A stretch of DNA of 64,000 nucleotides from Fimicolochytrium jonesii. Its lineage: Eukaryota. Below the pieces are notes generated by a model. The model did not search any database, had not been told where the DNA came from, and worked only from the letters and a program-made list of their open reading frames with translations. Both the position numbers and the translations under genes were made by a program. The stretch spans positions 1,612,001-1,676,000 of the forward strand of contig NW_026515671.1 in the NCBI RefSeq assembly GCF_025526975.1. Reading direction: 5' to 3'. This document shows positions 35,901-46,868 of the stretch, in pieces; the stretch's first letter is position 1, and every line of letters starts with the position of its first letter.

Positions 35901-36250
35901 CGCACACTCAACAACACACCACCCGTCCGGGACCGGCCTCAGTCGCGCAACCGACTGGGAAGGCCCAACAACAACAACCGAAAAACAATATACCCTCACG
36001 CGCTGCTTCGCAGTCCAACATCCCCACCGCTACCACCTCAACAACAAAACCGACACCGTCAACGTCAGCGACGGCACCTAAACCGACATTCCCCCGAAAA
36101 CCGATGAAGCATACATCTGCGCTTGGGACACCCGGCGTAGGCAAAGCTAAACTCACGAACAATACGAACGTGAACGCGGCGAAAGCGGTCGGGATTGGGA
36201 AAGCTGTCGGGAAGAGGGGTGAGGATAAGGGTGTTGTTGTTCCGCGATGA
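32955..36250 (+). CDS. Cid1/Cid13-family non-canonical poly(A) polymerase or terminal uridylyltransferase, with RGG-rich tail
   Basis: FGSSINNLGFSTSDVDIC, ARVPICKF, QCDANF and VKNWAKNRDLND, then an intron, then SYAYSLMVLNFLQ and the PAP-associated motif VEDPFQLDRN. Confidence 0.9.
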
Positions 36251-37226
36251 AACTGTGGGAACTATGGGGGTGGGTGGGGTGGTTTGAATAGCGGAGGGGA
36301 GTGAGGAGATTTGCTCTCGCCTCACTCTGTTGCGAAACCGGGTGTCGAGATTGGATTGGGGATGTAAATATGGTTCCGATTGTGTGTTGAGATGTTTTCT
36401 TCTGGCTCCTTTCTTTTAGAGAACGATGGGGCCGTTTGTGGTTGTTTGGGGTTGGGTTCTGTATATACTTGTTTGTGTTGCGAAGAAATCGAATCTAGAG
36501 ATCGGTGTATATGACTTGACGAGCCTGTCTAATGGTAACGGAATAGAGATTCGCTTTTGCCTATCCCAGTGGCTGCCTATGCTCTGGAGTAGCGGGGACA
36601 TAGGGTATATGAAAGGGGTCGGGGTACGCTCTTGTTGCTCAGTCTGTGTCGTTCTCATGCGTCATGCGCGGGTAGTGAGGGGTGAACACAATCCATATCT
36701 ATGTCTAATATCTACGGGCGACTCGAGGAGGTGTGGGGCCTTCTGTCTGCCTACCGGCGACCGGAATGCGAGAGGTGCGGCCACGCGTGGCTACCGGTGC
36801 ACACATTGACCAGATTCTCGCTTCCCACCGGCTTTCCTCGCTTCAGAGCTGTTCGTGATTCCTGTGGATGGGTATCGCCTCGCTCTATCGGCGTGCATTC
36901 CCATGTGCTGCTGACGAGATCCCGGTGGGCCCGAGTTGCCCTGGGTGTGGGGTCTCGAGATTGCCGCCACCCCACCGTTTTCCGGCTGAACCTGCCGTGG
37001 ATGTCGGCGGTGCGCCCTTCAATGCGACGGTTTTCTCAACGTGCGGATTCCACGAAGGGAAGGGTGTCCCCGCGGTTACGTCAGCCCGTGTCTAGAATTC
37101 TCCATTGCTATGCGCGCAATCCACACCTGTGCGTAGTCTCCCAAACTTTGCATCGCCGCATCGCCTGCCTAGTTCGGAGTCTCCACTACCACCCTCGCAC
37201 GGACAACCCCAGCTCCCCTCTCGAGT

Positions 37227-38624
37227 TTACGTGAGTATCTCGACAAGCGTAGCAAGATGGGCCTCCAGCCGATCGAACCGGGCATCGACATGGGCGCGGA
37301 GGTCGGCGATCTGGGCGTCGATGTGGTCTTTCAGAGCTATTGTAAGTTTGTCTAATTCTGGTTCTCCTTTCGAGTCCGGGGGGCGGGTTCTTTCGCTATG
37401 CTGCTGTTGCTGGTTATTTGATGTTGGAGCGGACGCAGCATCGCCCTCAGAGGGCGAGAGTGTGGATGTGACCGGAACCATGGGAAGATCCGCGCTTTCC
37501 ACCTCTTCGCCCGGTTCGGTTGGTAATGCCGGTGTAGCACCACCAACCCTCATCCCACCCAACTGTGCCATCAACCCCCACACCCCCGCATTCTCCCGTC
37601 GGTCCTGCATCATATTCCCCAGTATCTGCGGTGTGAGATTCAAGTTCATCAATCCGGGGAGTATACTCGACTGTTGTTGTTGTTGTTGTTGTTGTTGTTC
37701 GACTTGGGTTAGAAGATGCATGGCGGATGGGGATATGGGGACGTCAAGGGAGTGGAGGAGGGTGCGGACGCGGGGGAGGTTTAGGGAGGTGTTCTGCTGT
37801 GGTGGATGAATGAGATGGAGTAAGAGATGGATGAGGAGAGTGGATAGAGGGGTGGTGCACACATACCATTCCAGCATCGAGTAAACCCGCCATTGCGGTC
37901 ATGGATGACGGTTCATGCAATCCGGGATCGTGCTCACAGGCCATGTCGATGCTCCATAGTCGTAACCACGTCTTCTGCTCTTTTGGGAGTAAGAACTAGA
38001 ACCAAACATTACGATGATCAGAGATCCGCTTTTGCCACGATCCCTCAGAAATGTCTGGTGAGGGGAGTATTGCCCCTTTGGCGCAATGTGGCTCGCTCCG
38101 CTCGCCCTCGCTTCGCTCACGGCAGTACAACACAATCGCTCACTTCGCTCGCGGCCAGACACCCTGCACAATACTACCTTTATATCACACCCCTCCACAC
38201 ACCCCCTCGACCCATCCACTATCAATTCATGAATATACGCCATCCACTCCTCCCCACCCACGTTTACATCCACCGCGTCAACGACCTCCGCCGTCCCACA
38301 ATATTCGTCAGCGTGATACACCTCCGTATTCTTTGCAGTGGACACGATGCGCAGCCGCGTCCATGTTGTTGACGTCGTGATATTCGGTGGGTGGAAGGAG
38401 AGGTGGAGGGTGGGTGGGGACGGTGATGCTTCAGGGGGTGATCTGAAAAGCGTGGAAGGTGAGGTTTGAAGATAGTGTGGGGAGACAGGTGGGTTGGTTG
38501 GGGTGAGAAGGGTGGCCAGGTGGATGTGGATGTTGGATTGGAGGCTTGCGAGCTCATCGGGAGTGGACGGCCAGGAACAGGATGCGAGGGCTGAGAGGAG
38601 TGGGAGTTGAGGTGGTCCCGCCAT
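37227..38624 (-). CDS. PAAT/C10orf88-like protein, multi-exon
   Basis: IVSTAKNTEVY..DEYCGT, LNLPRVRTLLHSL..PISPSA..LL..V.QQ and the C-terminal LKDHIDAQIADLRAHVD coiled coil match my recollection of the three conserved blocks of animal C10orf88. Confidence 0.7.
37672..37699. repeat. (TGT)n / (CAA)n microsatellite encoding a poly-Gln tract
   Basis: About 9 TGT units, read as QQQQQQQQQQ on the minus strand. Confidence 0.9.
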
Positions 38625-38723
38625 TGTCTGAGGAGGAAAGCGCTGTATGAGTGAATATGTGTGCCAAAACAGGAAAAAAGGAAGGAGGGGAAAAGCGGGA
38701 AGAGCGCCGAGTGACTTTGCGCG

Positions 38724-38740
38724 TGAGTCACCGTGAGTCA
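38724..38740. promoter_or_regulatory. Tandem TGAGTCA (Gcn4/AP-1 type bZIP) sites in a divergent promoter
   Basis: GTGAGTCACCGTGAGTCACC: two perfect sites with starts 10 bp apart, between the PAAT-like and CPS1 start codons. Confidence 0.4.
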
Positions 38741-38922
38741 CCGCACACCTCGCATTCCGTCACACTTCGCACTTCACACTTCCATCTTCGCAGACTCAAC
38801 GCAACCCCCAGCCGTCTCCCACCCACCTCTCCAACCTCAGCGGAGAGCGAATAAGAGCAGTCACCTGAGGAACTTCCCTTCGCCTAGTATAGATAAAGTA
38901 GCTTCCTGCCGCGGTCTCCAAG

Positions 38923-41080
38923 ATGCTTCCGATCGCTACCATCGCGACTGAAAAGGGGTCGCCAGTCCATCCAGAATTGCCGACGTCACACTCAGATCTT
39001 GAGCAGGCTCGAGCTATAATCCGCGCCAAGGAGACCAAAGAGCACAGAAAGGCCATATGTTTCGGCCTCGCCATCTTACTCTTGCTGGCCTGTTATTTCT
39101 TCGACAACATTACCCCAAGACCCTTCACGGACCCGTTCAGCGAGCTTCCCCTCGACCTGGATGCTTTCGACGACTTTGGCAATGACGACGATGCCATCTG
39201 TAGGCAGCCCGCCCCCCGGGTTCCCCAGCAGAACCAAAACATCACGGAACGCAACTACGATGGCCTCTTCCGCGACCCCGAATGGCGCAAGGAGGCCGGT
39301 GAACGTCTGGCGCAAAGCGTGCGTATCGACACCCAGACCTTTGACCACCTCCGCGATATCATGCCGACCCCAGAGGGCACGCCAGACATCCCCGAACGGG
39401 CCGGATTCGACAAGTTCAAGGAGTGGATCGCCAAAGCTTACCCCCTGACGCACAAGCATTTGAAGAGGGAGTTGGTCAACAGATACGCGTTATTGTACAC
39501 GTGGGAGGGCAAGGAGGATGTCAAGACGGCCAAACCGCTCGTGCTATGCTCGCACATCGATACTGTGCCTGTGCCCGCTTCGTCGCTTGATCAGTGGGTG
39601 CATCCCCCGTTCTCCGGTCATTTCGATGGGGAGTATATCTGGGGTCGTGGGAGCGTGGACACCAAGAACACCCTTGTTGCGATTGTGGAGGCCGTTGAAA
39701 ACTTGTTGGCGGCTGGGTTCAAGCCCAAGCGTACTGTTATCTTGGCCTTTGGATTTGATGAGGAGATTAGCGGATACCAGGTGGTTATATCGATCTTCCA
39801 GATTCGGCAGCGCATTTCAGGGGATGAGCTTTTTCAGATGGGCTGACCGATGTTTTCTCCATGTTGCAGGGCGCCCGGTTCCTCTCCAAGAAGCTTCTCG
39901 ACCGTCTTGGCCCCGGCGGCGTAGAACTCCTCATCGACGAAGGTCCGGGCATCGGCACCGAATACGGCGCCACCTTCGCCTCCATCGGCATCTCCGAAAA
40001 GGGCTACACCGACTCAACCCTCACCCTCTCCACCGCCGGCGGGCACTCCTCCATCCCGCCCAAACACACCAACATCGGCCTGATGGCGCGCATCATTGCG
40101 AACATCGAAGAGAACGTGTACACCCCCGAACTGTCCGACGACAACCCTTTCCTGCTCAACTTGCAGTGTACCGCCAAGTATGGCCCGGAGATGAACCCGT
40201 GGTTGAAGAAGGCGATTAGGAATGTGGATAAGGTCCGCCCGGCTCTGGTTAAGTATTTGGCGAGGGATGTGCAGACGAGGTATATGATGCAGACGTCGCA
40301 GGCTGTGACGATGATCAATGGGGGTGTCAAACGTAAGTGTCCGACTCGCGACGCGTATCAAGTGGATGCGACGCACACGTTCTCTACGCGTTCAGATTCG
40401 AACTCAGGTCTTGCGTTTCTTCCAACCCCAGTCAACGCCCTCCCCGAACAAACAATCGCCTCAATCAACCAACGCATCGCCATGCACTCCTCCGTCGAAA
40501 CCGTCGAACACCACCTCATCGGGCTCCTCACACACCTCTCCGACCCCTCCCGACTAGCCCTCAACTTCACATCCACCAACCACCTCAACGTCACAAAAAC
40601 CCACTTTGAAACACCTGACGCTGTTGGCGCATTACATTATGAGACTTTCATCCCGGCGTTGCAGCCCGCGCCCGTGAGTCCGGTGGATACGCCGGCGTGG
40701 GACTTGATTGCGGGAACTGTGAGGAGGGTCAGTGCGAGGAACTGGGAGGTGAAGGAGGGGAAAGAGGAGAAGGAGGAGGAGGAGGAGGGGATTATTGTAC
40801 GCCCGGAGTTGATGCCTGCCAATACGGATACGAGGCATTATTGGGATCTGACGAAGAACATCTTCAGGTTCGTTCGGACAGTCCTTTTCTGATGAATGTG
40901 GCCTTTTTCCTGATGATTGGATCAAAACATCGTTCATATGCACACAGATACGACCCGATCCGCGCCGACAAGATCTTTGGCATCCACACTGTCAATGAAC
41001 GCATCGCGCTTTCGTCTTTCATCGAGAGCGTTGCGTTTTTCCATGAGATTGTGCGTAACTTTCAGGAAGTCGAGTTCTGA
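38923..41080 (+). CDS. CPS1: Gly-Xaa carboxypeptidase (peptidase M20A, carboxypeptidase S), multi-exon
   Basis: N-terminal TM anchor, then SHIDTVPV, WGRGSVDTK, FGFDEEISG, EKGY, GGHSSIPP, ANTDTRHYWDLTKNIFRF and IHTVNE. Confidence 0.93.
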
Positions 41081-42168
41081 AACGTGTCCAGTGATCCCAT
41101 TTCTGATGGAATTGAAGCGGCGTCGGCGGACGTTAGCTTTCCTCTGTTCGACAACTTCTTCTTGATTTGGCGTACTGTAGATATCGTGTATGACGGGTTT
41201 ACGTAGGATGCACACGAAGGCTGTTTCTTGATTCGAAATTTCATTGCATTGTCATATCTTCTGCGACTTTATCATGCACAATTCCATGTCTCATTCCGGG
41301 GTTCCTTCGTGGTTGGGGTTTGCAGACAGGCGGAAACGCGAACAAACCTTCTTGCCCTCGTGTCCACCTTGACATGGAAGTCCCTTGAACAGGAAGATCT
41401 AACACATGAACGAGCGAAATGTGAAAAGGGTAGTTGGGAGTGTGACCACCGTTGTCTGTAATCTTGTTCAGCGCTACTCGCAGCGGAAATGGACGATCAC
41501 CTTGACCTTGACCGGTATCGTAGAGACGGGTCTGGATCCAGGAGATTTTGTCTCATATGTCGTCTAGAAAATCCTGTTCTTGCCTTCATGGACATAAGGT
41601 GTTGACGAAAACGACGTGGTTAAGTGGTTACCAAATCCCCGGGATCATGGCATCCCTTCACGAAACCTCAAAAGCCCGACAAATCACCTCGCGGCCACTT
41701 CTGAATACATTGACGTTCTTTGATGAAGGATGGTGGCAGGGTGGGGAAGGTCTGTTTTTTCGGAATTTTGACCTGCAAACCGTGGGACCGAAGGATGTGG
41801 AACACGGAGTTTGATCAACCCCCGCAAGAGTCGAAAAGCAACGAGAGAAGCACAAGGTCGCGCGATCAAAGCCGACGCAACCCTCTTTAACGTGTTTCGC
41901 GAAATTAGCTTTGAGGCCCTAATACCGAGGCCGTCGATTGCGGCCAACTGAAATGTTCTCACACCGCCAACCCCAACCTCGCCACACATCATAAACATAG
42001 AGCGAATGTAACACTTTAAAAACGTGGATTCCAACTATTTACAGAAAGGAATATGGGCAAACTAAAAATGCTACGAATGACGACGGGCAAGCTACGGAAC
42101 CACTATCTCAATTAAAGCTACATGGAGGTTTACAGGAAGGCGGTAGGTATCCGGAGGTTTTGCTCTCT

Positions 42169-42927
42169 CTAGAAAACTTGTCCCTCTTCCATCTCCTCAA
42201 ACACCGGCCTGTAAAAGTAGAGGTGGCTGTTGCGACCTGAACCTTTACGGGAGGCGACTCTCTTCACTCTCAGGTTGCGGGTAAGGTAATTGAAGTATGC
42301 GTTATAGTTCTCGGGGGGTACGATTCCATTCTCAACGGGAGAATGGAGAAACTCCGCCAAGATGATGCGCATTACGTCGTTCTGGCGCTGGAAGGCCAAC
42401 CTTGGTAGGATATCGGTCTCGAAGCGGCCCGTAAAGCTTCTGTACTTGTTGTTCCGAATCTTCATGTCCCAGTAGTCTCGAATTGCATTCCGAAAGTGAT
42501 CTTCCGCATGGCAGAAGTGGTTGACCAGTTCCGCAGGCCGCATGGCTACGGTTGGACGAGTCGGCCTGATTCGGGAATGAAACGAATGTTCGAAAAGAAT
42601 TTAGAACGGGTATGCGAGGCTATTTGGCTCGATATTGGTTTCCGCAACTTACACAGGGTTGCTGACCGCCGCTTCAGAAGGTCCACGTCGTTCGAGGGCC
42701 TCCACGCAGGCAGCCAACTCCACCTGCCCTTGTTGCAGGTTAACTATGCGCTCCGTGTGAGCCGCTATTTGATTTTTGTTTGCGGTGATTCGCTTCCTGT
42801 TTACCGTAATTGCTCTCTTGTTTGCCGTGATTCCCTTCTTGTCTTCCGCTATCAAAGCTTCGAGCCGGTCTTGCCTCTCGTTATACGATTGATGCCATGC
42901 TCGAATCTTGGGGTTGGTAGGAACCAT
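42169..42927 (-). CDS. Orphan two-exon protein (about 223 aa) with an Asn-layer coiled coil
   Basis: Intron 42566-42652 (GTAAGT..TCAG) joins ORFs 42649-42927 and 42169-42543 in frame. Heptads ITANKRA-ITVNRKR-ITANKNQ-IAAHTER. Confidence 0.65.
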
Positions 42928-44017
42928 CTCGTCTGGACGCCGAGGAGGAAGTGGGAGCTGGGATATAGGGTGGCCTAGTGAATGTTGACGAGAAGGAGCT
43001 TTGAACGAAGCAATGCCGACATCCGGGCTTGACGGGCTTCTTATAAGACGACTGGCGGCTGCCGCTTCATGGACGCCGAGCTGTTCAAGTCGCCGTCGAA
43101 ACCTGACGGTTGTGTGAGCCTCATTTTCTGGCTGTGATCATGTGTTTGATGAAGAAAGATTGCACCCTTTTTCTTGTGCTACCTCCCTCCGTTGGGGCGA
43201 TAAGGTGAGGAGGGGGGGGGGGGTGGGGAATTTCCCGGAAATATTGAATGACAGGCCCAGAGGTGGCTGCAGGACATCACCAGGTGCAACCCATGTCCCG
43301 CCGTCGCCACAGGTCGCTCACTTATTGTGCTGCGGAGACCTTCCCCATGCCGAGGAGCCGGCGTAATGCTCTTGCTACTTTTTTTTGATCGATGGGTTGA
43401 TCCAACGAGACAGTATGGTTTCAGGGGGCGCCTTTTCGCCCATGTCAACATCACGCGCATGTGGTGTATGGGTATTCATTCGTCTTGAAAACGCATGCAG
43501 TATCGTCGGTGGAACCAGCCTCCCCTCTGGCAAGTTCCTTTCTTTTGTGCACACTGAAGCCAGCCACCTGCTTCGAGCTCCAACCCCAGCTCCCCACTCT
43601 GTGGCTGCACTGCTGTCCCCTCCTCCCCTTCTCTTGGCAGCCTCGGCAATGTCGGCAATGTCGGCAGTTTTGACCTGGGAATTGCAATCGCAAAGGGAAG
43701 TTAGCTGAAGTTCTTTGTATCGTTGTTGTTCTGCCAGTGTCGCTCACCAGTTTGGACTTAGGGTGTCCACAAAGTCTTGGTACGAGTTCGGGGTTCGGCC
43801 ATGTCTCGGTGTGTGTGTGTGTCGGCGAGACTTGTCAGGGTGGAACAGGTTCCAAAAAGGGCCCCGATATGTGTTCCTGTCAAGGATCCTCATGTGATCT
43901 GTGGCTTAGAACATGTGACTTGCAGACAGTTTATCTCTTTTCTTCCCCTATTTGAGCTTCGGCTCGTCGTTGTTACTGTAGTACGCTTTTGTTCTTTAGT
44001 CAAAAATATCATTCTCA

Positions 44018-44832
44018 CGTGTACGGATCGGGCGTCCGATCGGGCGTCGGGCGTTAGCATTAGGGCTCCGTCCCGTCCGAAGTAAAGATCCGCCTCGCTC
44101 AAAAACTGGTAGGCGTAACTTCGGAACCAACCATGGGATGGGCCGGGTTTGCCGCGGCCCGGGTACAGGCCCGGGCGTCCCATGGGCTCTCACCGGGATG
44201 GGATGGGACAAAGCTTCTGAGACCCGCTGTTTGGGCTGTTTGGAAAGGCGGAAGCGCAAGACGAAGCGGGTCGGGCGCCGCCGCGTTAGCTTCTGTTCGC
44301 GCGGGCCGCTCGGAGGATCGGAGGCGGCGGGCGTGGGCATTCGTATTACAGTATTTCATGTATCACAACGCTTCTGCAACTCCGCCGAGTCGCCGACATT
44401 CCATGAATCGTACTGTATGTTCTCTCATATGATCGTCGAATCTATTATGTCGATCACAATCGATGTGTCATCGATGTTCCATTGTATAGCCTGTAGGCGC
44501 CCGTAATTCATTAAAAAGTAGTACGGCGCCCTCGCTCCGAGTCGCTCGTCGAATCTACTATGTCAATCCCAATCGATGTCTCATCGAGGTTCCACTAAAA
44601 AGTAGTACGGCGTCAAAGATTCTCAGCAACGGCCGAGGCAGTATGGCATGTCGCCATAACCTGGTTTCTGGACGACACCCCACGCCTGGCAGGTCGACGG
44701 GCCAATTGAAAGCGGCGGTAATTGTCTTGGTGTCATCTTTCACAGACACAACCGGCAGCGGCAGCGGGTGCAACTCATTCGTGTACGGATCGGGCGTCGG
44801 ATCGGGCGTCGGGCATTAGCATCGGGCGTCGG
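44018..44832. mobile_element. Repeat-rich, non-coding, TE-like segment (possible non-autonomous element remnant)
   Basis: About 43-bp direct repeats CGTGTACGGATCGGGCGTC..TTAGCAT at 44018 and 44780; a GC-rich hairpin CCATGGGATG..CGTCCCATGG at about 44131-44185; an internal duplication at about 44433-44528 and 44547-44612. Confidence 0.45.
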
Positions 44833-45018
44833 AAAACGTTCAGGAAAGCCAACTGTGGATTGAGCCAGTCCGCAGCCCACTGTGATTTCGCACATACAGT
44901 AAGATGCCTTGTTTGGCGATGTTCTATAAAACAGAATCGCAAGAATAGACAGCCCACATCACAAAGTCATCGCTCTCCCTGGTTATCCCAATTCCGACCC
45001 CATCGTCTAATATCTCAA

Positions 45019-45774
45019 ATGACCGTTTCAAACGCAAGTCCTACTGTATGGTTCATCACCGGCGCCAACCGGGGCATCGGGCTCGGCATTGTTCAACTGC
45101 TCGCCCAGCGGCCCGACACTATCGTGATAGCTACGACTCGTAATCCTGCAGAAGCGCTGGAGCTCGCCGAGCTTGCCCAAACCCACACCAACGTTCACAT
45201 TGTCAAACTCGAAGTCACCTCCGACGCCGATCATATCAAGGCACTTGAGGATATCGCTCGGATCGCCCCAACCGGTGTGGATGTGCTGCTCGCCAATGCC
45301 GGAGTGAACCCCATGCCCCCTGCCCTGGCGCTTGACGTGCCCTTGAGCCAAGTGCAGGCCGCATTCGACGTCAATACATTAGGTCCCCTTCGGGCCTTTC
45401 ACACACTCTACCCGCTGCTCAAGATGAAGACCACCCGCAAAGTTTTCTTCACATCATCTGAGATGGGGACGTTCGATAAGCTTCCGATGGCCATGTTCCC
45501 TACGTTCGCGTACAACCTCTCCAAGCTCGCAGCGCGGTACACGGCGATGGAGATTGCTCGAGATCTCAAAGGGGAAGAGTTCACCGTCATCCCCATCCAT
45601 CCAGGCTGGGTCGCGACTGAAATGGGCAACAAAGGGGCAAAGCTTTTCGATCTTGAACAAGCACCCGTCTCTATCCTGGAGAGCGCCGGTGGTATCATCA
45701 AGACGATTGAGGCGGCGACCACGCAGGATAGTGGTAGATTTCTGAACTGGAAAGGGGAGGAGGTGCCGCTTTGA
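45019..45774 (+). CDS. Short-chain dehydrogenase/reductase (C-factor/CsgA-like), intronless
   Basis: TGANRGIG, DVLLANAG, YNLSK catalytic motif, IHPGWVATEMG and SGRFLNWKG. Confidence 0.93.
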   Translation: MTVSNASPTVWFITGANRGIGLGIVQLLAQRPDTIVIATTRNPAEALELAELAQTHTNVHIVKLEVTSDADHIKALEDIARIAPTGVDVLLANAGVNPMPPALALDVPLSQVQAAFDVNTLGPLRAFHTLYPLLKMKTTRKVFFTSSEMGTFDKLPMAMFPTFAYNLSKLAARYTAMEIARDLKGEEFTVIPIHPGWVATEMGNKGAKLFDLEQAPVSILESAGGIIKTIEAATTQDSGRFLNWKGEEVPL

Positions 45775-46000
45775 TAGAATTGCTACGGCCTAGCCCTCTG
45801 TACTTATACCCTTGTCGCCCCCGAAACCCTGTTTTTAAACCTATAATTCCGACAAGTGAACTCATGAGAAGCAGAATTTGAGGTGTTATTGGTTCACTAG
45901 GGAAATCCTAACCTCCAGATCGGGCGTTTCAACTGGATTTGGAGGCCAGTGCTGGCATCTGCTTCAGCATGACGGTACCAACGCTAAGAGTTGCGGGTTC

Positions 46001-46444
46001 CTAACCGTGGGCATGGATCCGCACCGTCTTAGGCTCTTCTATGCCTGCATGCAAAGCTGACGAAGTCCTAGCGCAAGGGCACGGTTTGGAAACGGCACGC
46101 CACGAAATGGCACGATCACCGACCGATGTGCTGACCGTCCGGCCTTTTGAACAGTAAGTGCCGGCCAAGAGGCTCCAGTCTAGCCCCTTCTCCTGATCCG
46201 TCTCCGTTTCGGTCTCATCTTCGACGTCGGGCCAGTTGTAAATCCTGCCGGGAACAAAGTTCGGCAAGGTTGAAGCTCTCGTCGTACCCTTGGACATAGC
46301 AGTGAACCCGTCTATGCTGTCATAGAGGGAACGGATAGTTGCCGGCGTATATATACTATACCGTTGCATCCAGGGTTGGCGAAATCCGGTCGAGAAAGTC
46401 GACATTGCGAAAAGCGGAATCAATGCGGCTTCATTCCACCGCAC
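46001..46444 (-). other. Possible coding fragment of unknown function
   Basis: 147-codon open frame with protein-like composition but no clear start or domain. Confidence 0.2.
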
Positions 46445-46868
46445 GGTGACAGAGACATCCGCTGCGAGTCATTTAATCACTCTTGTCCCTTCCTGGGAGC
46501 GCTATGCCATGGTACGACGTAATCTCATATATAGTAGTGATAGAAAATGTCCAAACAGCGTTACCTAATCGAATGTATAGGTTGCATTCGATTAGGTCAC
46601 GCTGTTTGGACATTTTCTATGTAGCCGTCCCCTTGATCGCAAGGATAGAGCAGCAAACTCCTTGCATGAGAACATATGGGATTCAAAATACGTGATTCAA
46701 TCATAGGAAGAGCGACAAGAACGAAAGAGCGATTTCTATCCACCCCTGATTCACAAGCTCTCCCCCAACGCCCCCAACCGACGTTCTTCCGATGTGTCGC
46801 CGTCCCGGATCGATGTGCAAGAGTCCGGGCCGTTCGAAGGTACCTCATCTCCTGTTTCCTGTCAGATC

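Noticed and set aside
36426..37234. Plus-strand ORFs of 127 and 177 aa between convergent genes
   Set aside because: Arg/Cys-rich, unnatural composition and no domain; likely UTR or intergenic.
43179..43750. Possible decayed gene fragment on the minus strand
   Set aside because: Multiple stops and no recognisable motif, so it cannot be assigned.
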